A stretch of DNA of 64,000 nt, from contig CAWBKK010000006.1 of NCBI GenBank assembly GCA_963789355.1, positions 14,774-78,773 on the forward strand. Reading direction: 5' to 3'. The translations under genes were made by a program, and so were the position numbers. The stretch comes from an uncultured Gaiellaceae bacterium (lineage in GTDB: Bacteria > Actinomycetota > Thermoleophilia > Gaiellales > Gaiellaceae). This document shows, one piece after another, positions 11,001 to 19,591 of this stretch (position 1 is the stretch's first letter; every line of letters begins with the position of its first letter). The notes below the pieces were generated by a model. It saw nothing but the letters and a program-made list of their open reading frames with translations, searched no databases and had not been told where the DNA came from.

Positions 11001-11772
11001 GGGACGTGGCGCCTTTCCCGAGATACGCCTCGATGACGCGCTCGTCCTTCTGGACCTCCTGCGGGGTTCCCTCCGCGATCTTCTGGCCGTAGTCGAGCAC
11101 GGTGACGCGGTCGGAGATGCCCATCACGACCTTCATGTCGTGCTCGATCATCAGCACGGTCAGCTTCCGCTCCTCGCGGAGGACGCGCACGAAGGCGGTG
11201 AAGTCGGCGGTCTCCTGCGGGTTCATCCCGGCGGTCGGCTCGTCCAGGAGGAGGAGCTTCGGCTCCGTCGCCAGCGCCCTGGCGACCTCGAGCCGGCGCT
11301 GGTCGCCGTAGGGGAGGTTGCGCGCCATCTCGTTGTTCCGGCCGCGCAGGCCCGAGAAGCGGAGCAGCTCGCGCGCGCGCTCGTGCGCGTTCTTCTCCTC
11401 CCGCCGCACGCGCGGCGTCCGGACGATCGAGCCGATGATCCCGCCCTTGAGCCGGCAGTGCATCCCGACGAGCACGTTCTCGAGTGCGGTCATGTGCTGG
11501 AAGAGCCGGATGTTCTGGAACGTGCGCCCGACCCCGAGCTCGGTGATCGCGTGCGGCGGCTTGTCGCTGACGTCGGTGCCGTCGAAGAGGATCTTGCCGG
11601 CGGTCGGCTTGTAGACGCCGGTGAGCATGTTGAAGAACGTCGTCTTCCCGGCCCCGTTCGGTCCGATCAGGGAGACGATCGAGCCCTGGGGGATCGTGAA
11701 GTCGATGTCGTTGGTAGCGATGAGGCCGCCGAACTCCTTGCGCACCTGCTCGGCGACGAGGAGGTCAGTCAT
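10993..11772 (-). CDS. livG: Branched-chain amino acid ABC transporter ATP-binding protein
   Basis: 259 aa. GPNGAGKTT, LPYGDQRRLEVARAL, LLLLDEPTAGM. Overlaps livF by 8 nt. Confidence 0.9.
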   Translation of the reverse strand: MTDLLVAEQVRKEFGGLIATNDIDFTIPQGSIVSLIGPNGAGKTTFFNMLTGVYKPTAGKILFDGTDVSDKPPHAITELGVGRTFQNIRLFQHMTALENVLVGMHCRLKGGIIGSIVRTPRVRREEKNAHERARELLRFSGLRGRNNEMARNLPYGDQRRLEVARALATEPKLLLLDEPTAGMNPQETADFTAFVRVLREERKLTVLMIEHDMKVVMGISDRVTVLDYGQKIAEGTPQEVQKDERVIEAYLGKGATSHG

Positions 11773-12973
11773 TCTTGGGCTCTCGGTCCGTGTCGGAGCC
11801 CTCCTGGGTCACGTCGTACAGCGGCGTGTCGGCCACGCCGAGCTCCATCTCCCGCTTGACCCGCCGTTCGGGTATCAGCCCTTCGGGCCGGAACAGCATC
11901 ATCACCACGATGATCACGCCGTAGAAGCCGAACTGGTACTTGGTCGGGTCGAAGTCGACGCCGGCCTCCTGCAGCTTGGAACCGAACGTGGCCAGCCCGG
12001 CGACGTTGAGGTAGCCGAGGATCATCCCGCCAAGGATCACGCCCCAGATCGAGCCGAGGCCGCCGAGGATGACCATGCAGAGCAGGAAGACCGAGAAGTT
12101 GAAGTAGAAGTCCGCAGGGAACGCACCACTCCTGAAGCTCGCGTAGAAGGCACCGGCAACGCCGCCGAAGAAGGCGCCGATCGCGTACGACCAGGTCTTC
12201 GTCCGCATCAGCGGCACGCCCATCGCGGCCGCTGCAGTCTCGTCCTCGCGGATCGCGATCCACGCGCGCCCGAGCCGGGAGTCGCGCAGCCGGACCGAGC
12301 AGAAGACGGTGAGCAGGAGCAGCGCGAGCGTCGTCCAGTAGAACCACTGCTCGCGCTCGAACGACTGCTGGTAGCTCAGTGGCAAGCCAAGCGACTCGCC
12401 GACGCTGCCGAAGCCGGGCGAGTCGATCGGGCTGATCCCGAACGTGCCGTGGGTGAGGTCGAAGCCGAAGACGTTGTCGCCGTTCCGCACCACCTGCGGG
12501 ACGATCTCGCCGAACCCGAGCGTCACGATCGCGAGGTAATCGCCGCGCAGACGCAGCGTCGGCAAGCCGATCAGGATGCCCGCGAGCCCGGTGAAGACAC
12601 CGGCGATCACGAGCACGAGCCAGATCGAAAGGTGGATCCCGGGCAGCTCCTTCGAGATGCCGACGGAGCCGAAGTGGAACGTCCACTGGTCGAACTGCTG
12701 CGACGCGAACCAGGCAGCGGTGTAGGCCCCGGCCGCGTAGAAGGCGACGTAGCCGAGGTCGAGCAGGCCGGCGTAGCCGACGACGATGTTGAGCCCGACC
12801 GCCATCATCGTGACGATGATCATGATCACCATCGAGGAAAGCCCCGGGATGAAGTCGCCGATCAGCGGGAAGTCCTCGAGCGTCCCGACGTACTGCGGAT
12901 AGAGGAACGCGAGGACCACCAGCACGAGCGAGATCGCGACCGCGCGACCAGAGCTCCGCAGCCGATCCTGCAT
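11765..12973 (-). CDS. livM: Branched-chain amino acid ABC transporter permease
   Basis: Start MQDRLRSSGRAVAISLVLVVL at 12973. Multi-TM with GYAGLLDLGYVAFYAAGAY. The longer listed ORF is an out-of-context upstream extension. Confidence 0.85.
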   Translation of the reverse strand: MQDRLRSSGRAVAISLVLVVLAFLYPQYVGTLEDFPLIGDFIPGLSSMVIMIIVTMMAVGLNIVVGYAGLLDLGYVAFYAAGAYTAAWFASQQFDQWTFHFGSVGISKELPGIHLSIWLVLVIAGVFTGLAGILIGLPTLRLRGDYLAIVTLGFGEIVPQVVRNGDNVFGFDLTHGTFGISPIDSPGFGSVGESLGLPLSYQQSFEREQWFYWTTLALLLLTVFCSVRLRDSRLGRAWIAIREDETAAAAMGVPLMRTKTWSYAIGAFFGGVAGAFYASFRSGAFPADFYFNFSVFLLCMVILGGLGSIWGVILGGMILGYLNVAGLATFGSKLQEAGVDFDPTKYQFGFYGVIIVVMMLFRPEGLIPERRVKREMELGVADTPLYDVTQEGSDTDREPKND

Positions 12974-12978
12974 CGTCG

Positions 12979-14025
12979 TCACGCGCCCTCCGGCGTACGC
13001 TCGCCGAGCAGCCCCTCGGGCCGGAAGACGAGGATCACGATCAGGATCCCGAACACGATCGAGCGCGTCCAGTCCGAGCCCGGGGTAAACCAGGTCAGGC
13101 CCTCGTTGAACGCCTGGATGAGTCCGATCACGATCGCGCCGAGGACGGCGCCCGAGAGGTTCCCGATCCCGCCGAGCACGGCCGCCGTGAAGGCGATCAG
13201 GCCGAGCTCGAAGCCGGTGTCGTAGCGCATGTTGAACTGGAGCAGGTAGACGATCGCCGCTGAGCCGGCGAGCGCGCCTGCGATCGCGAACGTGACCGAG
13301 ATCGTCCGGTTCACGTTGATCCCCATCATCGCCGACGCCTCGGTGTCCTGCGCGACTGCGCGCATTGCCTTGCCTTGCTTCGTCGAGCGCACGAACCAGG
13401 TGAGCAGGACCAGCACGGGCACGGTGATCAGCAGCACGGCGAGCTTGTTCCACGAGTAGGTGATGTCACCGATGCCGATCGCCTCGGTGCGCGGGATGAA
13501 CGATGGCACCGAGCGGAAGTTCACGTCGTAGATCACGAGCGAGATGTTCTGGACGATGAACGACATCCCGACGGCGGTGATCAGGACCGCCAGCCGTGGC
13601 TGGCGCCGCAGGCGGCGGTAGGCGACGAACTCGATCGTCACGTTGACGATCGCGAAGGCCACCATGATCACGAGCAGCGTCGCGAGCATCCCGCCGAGGA
13701 TCGCGAGCACCGACGCGTCCCTCTCGAGCCCGAGCACGGAAACGATCATCGTGCTGGCGACGAGCCCCGCCAGCGCGAAGACGTCGCCGTGCGCGAAGTT
13801 GATCAACTGCAGGATCCCGTAGACGAGCGTGTAGCCGAGCGCGACGAGGCCGTAGATGGCGCCGTTCGTCAGGCCGATCAGGCCGACGTTGATGAACTCG
13901 GTCGGGTCCTGGACGAAGTTGCCGATCACCCAGATCCCGACGAGACCCAGCAAGCCGAAGCCGATCAGGTTGATCAAACCCGACTTCCGGAGCTGGTCGA
14001 GCCTCGTCGCCGCCGCGAACGCCAT
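12979..14025 (-). CDS. livH: Branched-chain amino acid ABC transporter permease
   Basis: 348 aa, multi-TM. LINFAHGDVFALAG motif typical of LivH-type permeases. Confidence 0.9.
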   Translation of the reverse strand: MAFAAATRLDQLRKSGLINLIGFGLLGLVGIWVIGNFVQDPTEFINVGLIGLTNGAIYGLVALGYTLVYGILQLINFAHGDVFALAGLVASTMIVSVLGLERDASVLAILGGMLATLLVIMVAFAIVNVTIEFVAYRRLRRQPRLAVLITAVGMSFIVQNISLVIYDVNFRSVPSFIPRTEAIGIGDITYSWNKLAVLLITVPVLVLLTWFVRSTKQGKAMRAVAQDTEASAMMGINVNRTISVTFAIAGALAGSAAIVYLLQFNMRYDTGFELGLIAFTAAVLGGIGNLSGAVLGAIVIGLIQAFNEGLTWFTPGSDWTRSIVFGILIVILVFRPEGLLGERTPEGA

Positions 14026-14044
14026 GAGGGGAAGAACCTAAAGG

Positions 14045-14079
14045 AAAGTCGGGGAAGGGCCAAGCCCTTCCCCGACTTT
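14045..14079 (-). terminator. Intercistronic hairpin between the binding-protein gene and livH (partial terminator/attenuator candidate)
   Basis: Perfect 16-bp stem AAAGTCGGGGAAGGGC / GCCCTTCCCCGACTTT with loop CAA. On the minus strand it is followed by a TTTCCTTT-like run. Confidence 0.5.
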
Positions 14080-14093
14080 GTGCCGCAGTGTTT

Positions 14094-15488
14094 CTAGCCT
14101 CTTGCGGCTTCGACGTTCTCCGGCTTCGGAGAAATCGTCTTCTCCGTCTCGAGCTTGTCCGTGGCCCTGTAGATCGTGAAGCCCACGACAGCGCCCTCGG
14201 CGCCGCTCGGATCGCCGTTCTCGTTGATCTCGAAGCTACCGAGATAGCCGTCGGTGACCTTGGTCTCGAACAGCTTCGCGAGCACGTCGGCACGCGAGCC
14301 GTCCGATGCCGCGATCGCGTCGAGCATGGCCTGAGCGGCCTGCGCGCCGTAGATCGCGTACGGGTCGATGTCCTTCCCGCCGAGCCGTGGCTTGAGCGCC
14401 GCGGCGAATTCGGCGCCCGGACCCTCGAACTGGTCGATCGGCACGCCGGCGACGCTCATGTACATGCCGGCCGCTGCCTCCGGGGCCTCGTCGATCGTCT
14501 GCTGCGTCGTGAACCCGTCCGGTGCGAACAGCTTCACGTCGCCGTCGTTCGGACCGAGCACGGCCACCTTGTCCTTGATCACCTGGGCGCCGTTCTCGTC
14601 GATCAGGCCGCCGAGGAAGACCGCGTCGGCGTCGGTGCCGCCGATCTTCCGGAAGAGAGCCTCGTAGCTCGCGGCCTTCGGATCCCAGGCTGCGAAGCCG
14701 GCGATCTTGATCCCCAGCGACTCCGCTGCGTTTCTGAAGTTCGTCGCGACTCCGAGGCCGTACGCCTCCCTGTCGTTGAGCACGTAGACGCTCTTCACGC
14801 CTTGCTCCACTGCGAACTCGGCAACCGCCGCGCCCTGGTAGGCGTCATGGGCGACGACACGGGCGTAGTTGCGAGTGCCGGACGGGTAGTACTTGTCCGG
14901 CTCGGTGCCGTCGCAACCGGGGCCACCCTCGGTCAGGCAGACGTACGTGTTCGCCGGGGAAATCATCGCGACGCCACCACCCGGAGCCTGGTTCAGCACC
15001 GGGATCTCGATCGCGGCGCAACCCGAGTTGAAGGTGCCGATCACGCCGACGACCTTCTCGTTGCCGGCATAGGCCTGGGCGTTCGTCGAGCACTTGCCCG
15101 AGTCCCACTTGCCGGCCTGAGCCGTTGCGTCGTCACAGGACTGGAAGGCGACGTTGTGATCGCCCGCCTTGAAGTTCGCCTCCTCGAGGAGGTACCGAAT
15201 CGCCTCGACGATCTGGATCGTCTGCGTGCGCGACGAGCCCTGGAGCGGGAAGTCGGACGCGATCAAGACGTCGGGCTCACCCTCGCCCTCGTACTCGACT
15301 GCGGTGCACGAGCTCGAAGGCAGCGCCTCGACGCCTGCGCCTCCGCCACCCGAGGCCTCGGTCGTCGTGCCATCGGTCCCACCGTCACCGCTGCTCTCGT
15401 CGTCGCCTCCGCAGCCCGCCGCAAGCAATGCGAGCACGACGACGAGCAGGGCCAGAACGCTCCACCAACCACGCTTTCTGGAAATCAC
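14094..15488 (-). CDS. Branched-chain amino acid ABC transporter substrate-binding lipoprotein
   Basis: GTG start preceded by GGAGGAGGAG. Lipobox LLAAGCGG. Type-1 periplasmic binding fold pattern (VVGVIGTFNSGCA, ISPANT). Confidence 0.85.
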   Translation of the reverse strand: MISRKRGWWSVLALLVVVLALLAAGCGGDDESSGDGGTDGTTTEASGGGGAGVEALPSSSCTAVEYEGEGEPDVLIASDFPLQGSSRTQTIQIVEAIRYLLEEANFKAGDHNVAFQSCDDATAQAGKWDSGKCSTNAQAYAGNEKVVGVIGTFNSGCAAIEIPVLNQAPGGGVAMISPANTYVCLTEGGPGCDGTEPDKYYPSGTRNYARVVAHDAYQGAAVAEFAVEQGVKSVYVLNDREAYGLGVATNFRNAAESLGIKIAGFAAWDPKAASYEALFRKIGGTDADAVFLGGLIDENGAQVIKDKVAVLGPNDGDVKLFAPDGFTTQQTIDEAPEAAAGMYMSVAGVPIDQFEGPGAEFAAALKPRLGGKDIDPYAIYGAQAAQAMLDAIAASDGSRADVLAKLFETKVTDGYLGSFEINENGDPSGAEGAVVGFTIYRATDKLETEKTISPKPENVEAARG

Positions 15489-15649
15489 CAGCTGTCTCCT
15501 CCTCCGTCACCTAATGGACCGTGCCCGCGAGGATTCTGCGCGCGTTCGCACAGCCCTCGTTCCGGGCGAAGGGGGCAGTATTGCGGTCGCGGGGGACAGA
15601 GTTCAACTTTGAGCCCTCCAACTACACTGGCTTAACAGGCACCAGGCCG

Positions 15650-15733
15650 GCCGAAGTGGCGGAATTGGCAGACGCGCCGGACTCAAAATCCGGTTCCCCT
15701 CGGGGAGTGTGGGTTCGATTCCCACCTTCGGCA
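15650..15733 (+). tRNA. tRNA-Leu (anticodon CAA)
   Basis: 84 nt folded by hand. Acceptor GCCGAAG/CTTCGGC, anticodon stem CCGGA/TCCGG with loop CTCAAAA, long variable arm, T-arm GTGGG-TTCGATT-CCCAC, discriminator A. Confidence 0.9.
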
Positions 15734-15856
15734 CCTGCATGTTCAAGCGGTCCTGGCGGTCACGCCTTCGCGCGCAATTTTTCCGCAGTGAGCGACTTTT
15801 CGGAGCCGCCCAACTTGGTTTCTTCGAGAGCGGTGTTAGCGTCGGGGGGCATCGGG

Positions 15857-16651
15857 ATGGTTCCGCCCGTTCGAACAATTCTGGTCGTCCTCGCCGGTGC
15901 GGCGCTCCTCGTCCCGGCGATCGGAGTTGCTGCGGCGCGGGAAGACCCGCCCGTCACGACGCCGGTGGAAGCGATCCCGCTGCCGCCGGAGCCCGTGCTT
16001 CCCGTGGACCCGGTCGTCGTTCTCGACCCGCCGCAGCCGGTGACGATCGAGATCGAGGTTCCCACGCTTCCCGACCCCGTGTTGGCGGAGCCCACGCACA
16101 AGCCCCCGAAGCTCGCGCAGCCGCCTGCGCCCGCTCCTCGGATCGCGCCCACAGCGGCGAGGCATGTCACGGAGCGCGAGACGCAGCATCGGGCAGACGC
16201 CGCGCCCGTGGCGACGAAGAAGCCGACACCGATAGCGAAACCGCAGCAGAGGCTGAAACAGAAGAGGCTGAAGCAGGAAAGGCTGAAGCAGGCACAGCGC
16301 AAGGTACTCGCATCGGTCTCAGCGCCTCAGCGTCTGATTCGAAAACACACGCCCGCGCACGGCGTCCTCGCGGCGCAGCACTCCGGCCAGGACGCCGCAT
16401 TTCCCAGCACCTTGCCCGCCACCATGCATAGGGCGGTGCTTTACCTGCCGCTGGCAGCTGCGGCGGTACTCGGCATCCTGCTCGGCCTCGTTGGTGCGGC
16501 GCCCGTCTTGGCGGGCCGCTGGCCGCAGGTCTTCGACCCGATCATCGACGCGAGTGAGCGGATCGTGCTCGCCGGGGTATGCCTCATGGGCGTGGTGCTG
16601 ACCATGGCGATCACTTGGGCGCTCACCGGGCCTGGCGCCTGGAGTCCGTAG
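15857..16651 (+). CDS. Hypothetical proline-rich membrane protein with KQ-rich basic repeat
   Basis: ATG 15857. N-terminal signal/TM MVPPVRTILVVLAGAALLVPAIGVAAA, then P-rich spacer, QQRLKQKRLKQERLKQAQRK, and two C-terminal TM segments. The listed ORF start (15521) reads through the tRNA and is rejected. Confidence 0.45.
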   Translation: MVPPVRTILVVLAGAALLVPAIGVAAAREDPPVTTPVEAIPLPPEPVLPVDPVVVLDPPQPVTIEIEVPTLPDPVLAEPTHKPPKLAQPPAPAPRIAPTAARHVTERETQHRADAAPVATKKPTPIAKPQQRLKQKRLKQERLKQAQRKVLASVSAPQRLIRKHTPAHGVLAAQHSGQDAAFPSTLPATMHRAVLYLPLAAAAVLGILLGLVGAAPVLAGRWPQVFDPIIDASERIVLAGVCLMGVVLTMAITWALTGPGAWSP

Positions 16652-16680
16652 GGCAACGCGGCGAACCGGCTTTGGGTCGT

Positions 16681-16711
16681 CGGGGAGTGTGGGCTCGATT
16701 CCCACCTTCGG
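16681..16711 (+). repeat. Direct repeat of the tRNA-Leu 3' end (att-like remnant)
   Basis: 31 nt equal to tRNA positions 15701-15731 with one mismatch (T to C in the T-loop). No matching 5' acceptor strand upstream, so it is not a second tRNA. Confidence 0.85.
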
Positions 16712-16769
16712 AATCGGTCGCCGAGCTGCGGGGGCCGTGGTCGAACCGGCCCCCACAGCGCCCCCGCGG

Positions 16770-17768
16770 CTACGTCGGGCGGAAGACGTTCCGCCTCGCC
16801 GCGAAACCGGCCGCGACGATCAGCAAGGCAGCCCCACCGACAGCGCCGCCCGCGATCGCCGCGTCCCGCGCGTCGATCGTGGGCATCTCGAAGCCGGTGC
16901 TGTCCCCGCCTGGTGTCGGCTGCTGCTCGATCCCACGGCTCGTGAGCGAGGCCTCGTCGTGCACTGCGGCGGCCTGCCCCACGATGCCCCGGTCGACCAG
17001 CGTCGTCTCGTCGTGCACGCTCGGAAGCGGCTGCGGATCGATCCCACGAGCCGCCAGCGTCGTCTCGTCGTGGGTGCCCGCCGGGGTGATCCCCCGAGCT
17101 GCGAGCGACGTTTCGTCGTGCACGCTCGCGACCGGCTGCGGATCGATCCCCCGATCCAACAGCGTCGCCTCGTCATGCGTACCCGACGGAACGATCCCCC
17201 GTGCCGCGGGCGCCGCCTCGTCGTGCACGCTCGCGACCGGCTGCGGATCGATCCCACGAGCCGCCAGCGTCGTCTCGTCGTGCGTCCCCGCCGGGGTGAT
17301 CCCCCGGGCGGTGAGCCCCGCCTCATCGTGTCCGCCGCTGCTGACGAGCCCCTGCTTCGCAGACCCGCCGAGGCCGGGGTCGGGTGCTGCCGCGGCCGTC
17401 GACACCGACGACGCGGCAGTAGCCGCCGTGGCGGCGGCGACCGTCAGCACGAGCGCCCGCTCACGGAGACCGTGAGCCTCGACGTCCTCATTGATGGCCT
17501 GCTCCAGACGATCCCGCTGGAACATCAGCGTGATCTCGGAGCCGTCGGCGTCCCCGAGCAGCCGTTCGAGATCACCGCGATCCCAGGCGACGCTCACCTC
17601 CAGGTGTTCGTCTCCGTTGCGCAGCAGCTCGAGGAACAGCTCCGGCGGCTCCGGCGAGGCCAATGCCTCCTCGACCTCGGCGCGAGCGACCGTGGTCGTG
17701 ATGGCGTCGAGCTCGACCGCGAACTCGCTGGCTGGGACGAACGACGCCGTCGTGGTCATCGTCTCCAT
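16770..17768 (-). CDS. Hypothetical membrane protein with eight tandem HDE..L..RGI.P repeats
   Basis: ATG 17768 preceded by AAGGAAAGGAG. 332 aa with an Ala-rich hydrophobic segment near residue 110, alternating 16/19-aa repeats, and a C-terminal TM AAIAGGAVGGAALLIVAAGFAA. Confidence 0.6.
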   Translation of the reverse strand: METMTTTASFVPASEFAVELDAITTTVARAEVEEALASPEPPELFLELLRNGDEHLEVSVAWDRGDLERLLGDADGSEITLMFQRDRLEQAINEDVEAHGLRERALVLTVAAATAATAASSVSTAAAAPDPGLGGSAKQGLVSSGGHDEAGLTARGITPAGTHDETTLAARGIDPQPVASVHDEAAPAARGIVPSGTHDEATLLDRGIDPQPVASVHDETSLAARGITPAGTHDETTLAARGIDPQPLPSVHDETTLVDRGIVGQAAAVHDEASLTSRGIEQQPTPGGDSTGFEMPTIDARDAAIAGGAVGGAALLIVAAGFAARRNVFRPT

Positions 17769-17903
17769 CCGAACTCCTTTCCTTCGGCGCCCAAGCAGGC
17801 GCATCCACCACAAGACGCGAGAGCGGAGACCAATCTTCCCCGCGGGGCTTCTCGATTCGCATCGATCGTGTCACTCGCTACCGACTCTTGCAACACTGGC
17901 GGC

Positions 17904-18950
17904 GTGGCGCGAGTCGGGATCCTCACGGGCGGCGGTGACTGCCCCGGGCTCAACGCGGTCATCCGCGCGGTGACGCGGCGCTCGCTCGAGCTCGGCTGGG
18001 ACGTGGCGGCGGTCCGCGAGGGCTGGCGCGGACTCGTCGAAGGGCTCGTCGAGCCGCTCGAGCGCCGCGACGTCTCCGGGATCCTGCCCCGAGGCGGCAC
18101 GATCCTCGGCACCTCGCGCACGAACCCCTACAAGCTCGACGGCGGGGTCGACAGGCTGCGCGAGACGTTCGACCGCGAAGGGTTGAAGGCGCTCGTCGCG
18201 ATCGGCGGCGAGGACACGCTCGGCGTCGCGGCGCGTCTCCACGCGGAGCACGGCTTCCCGGTCGTGGGCGTCCCGAAGACGATCGACAACGACCTCAACG
18301 GGACCGATTACACGTTCGGCTTCGACACCGCGGTGACGATCGCGACCGAGGCGATCGATCGCCTGCACACGACGGCCGAGTCGCACAACCGGGTCATGGT
18401 CGTCGAAGTGATGGGTCGCCACGCAGGCTGGATCGCGCTCCACTCCGGCATCGCCGGCGGCGCCGACGTGATCCTGATCCCCGAGCAGCCGGTCACCGTC
18501 GAGGAGGCGTGCACCCTGCTGAAGAAGCGGCACGGCGGCGGCAAGGACTTCTCGATCGTCGTCGTCAGCGAGGGCTACGAGCTCACGTATGCCTCCGGCG
18601 ACCGCCAGCTCGTCGCCGGACAGGCGCGCGCGACCGACCAGTTCGGCCACGTCGTCCTCGGAGGTGTCGGCGGCGAGCTCGCCCGGGAGATCGAGCAGCG
18701 AACCGGGTTCGAGACGCGCGTCACCGTGCTCGGTCACGTCCAGCGCGGTGGCACGCCGACGCCGCGCGACCGCGTGCTCGCGACGCGCTACGGGCTCAAG
18801 GCGGCCGACCTCATCGAGGCGGGCACGTTCGGCCGGATGGCCGCGCTGCACGGGGACGAGATCGTCGACGTCTCGCTCGAGGAGGCGACGAAGGAGCTGA
18901 AGACCGTCACGCCAGCGTGGTACGCCGTGGCCCAGGCACTCGCCGGCTGA
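17904..18950 (+). CDS. pfkA: 6-phosphofructokinase
   Basis: GTG start. RVGILTGGGDCPGLNAVIR, GGEDTLG, PKTIDNDL, MGRHAGW motifs. Confidence 0.9.
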   Translation: MARVGILTGGGDCPGLNAVIRAVTRRSLELGWDVAAVREGWRGLVEGLVEPLERRDVSGILPRGGTILGTSRTNPYKLDGGVDRLRETFDREGLKALVAIGGEDTLGVAARLHAEHGFPVVGVPKTIDNDLNGTDYTFGFDTAVTIATEAIDRLHTTAESHNRVMVVEVMGRHAGWIALHSGIAGGADVILIPEQPVTVEEACTLLKKRHGGGKDFSIVVVSEGYELTYASGDRQLVAGQARATDQFGHVVLGGVGGELAREIEQRTGFETRVTVLGHVQRGGTPTPRDRVLATRYGLKAADLIEAGTFGRMAALHGDEIVDVSLEEATKELKTVTPAWYAVAQALAG

Positions 18951-19162
18951 CCGGGGCCCGGAAAGACGAGTGACAACTTCTGGAGAAAAAGGTTCCCTTC
19001 CAGGCCATTCAGCGCTAGAGTTGACGGGCTACCACGGCGCAGCGCAGGCCGTGACGCGTGTACCGCGGGACCCCAGCAGCCGGCCCGCCCGGATCCGCCC
19101 TCAGCAACCGGACGGAGCGTCGTCCGACGAGGCCGACGAAGCACCGTAACTGGGAGGATCCC

Positions 19163-19591
19163 ATGCCGCACGTCGAGACGCAGTCACTCAACGGCCGCAT
19201 CCCGAACGCGCCTCGAGTGCTCGTCGTCGACGACGACGAAGCGATCCGGCTGGTCTGCGTGACGACCCTGCACCACGACGGTTGCGAGGTGCTCGAGGCG
19301 GCGAACGGCCAGGAGGCGCTCGAGCTCGCGCTCCAGTGGGAGCCCGATCTCGTCCTGCTCGACATCAGCATGCCCGTGCTGGACGGATTCGGGCTTGCGG
19401 CGGCGCTTCGCGCGGACGAGCGCACTCGTCGCGTCCCTCTCGTCTTCCTCACCGGCGAGACCGACCCCTTGACCGAGGCCAGGGCTCACGCGGCCGGCGC
19501 GGCTCATCTCTTCACGAAGCCGTTCGATCCCGGCGCCGTGAGCTCGTTCATCAAGAACGCGCTCACGCCTCGCCAACCCGTTGCGGGTTAG
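19163..19591 (+). CDS. Stand-alone response regulator receiver protein (CheY-like)
   Basis: ATG 19163 with GGGAGGA RBS. VLVVDDDEAIR, DLVLLDISMP, LTG, KPF. No output domain. Confidence 0.85.
   Translation: MPHVETQSLNGRIPNAPRVLVVDDDEAIRLVCVTTLHHDGCEVLEAANGQEALELALQWEPDLVLLDISMPVLDGFGLAAALRADERTRRVPLVFLTGETDPLTEARAHAAGAAHLFTKPFDPGAVSSFIKNALTPRQPVAG

Noticed and set aside
15577-15606. Possible sigma-70-like promoter for the liv operon (minus strand TTGAAC-N18-AATACT)
   Set aside because: The spacer is long and the -10 weak. There is no independent support, so it is not reported as a feature.
15521-15856. Upstream part of ORF 15521-16651, and minus-strand ORFs 15603-15878 and 16319-16756
   Set aside because: They read through the tRNA-Leu gene or its 3' repeat (the PKVGIEPTLP peptides are translated T-arms), so they are not coding.
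18965-19012. Imperfect hairpin CTGGAG-AAA-AAGG-TTC-CCTT-CCAG in the lower-GC stretch after pfkA, considered as a terminator or sRNA
   Set aside because: The stem is short and bulged with no following U-tract. It is not distinguishable from chance.
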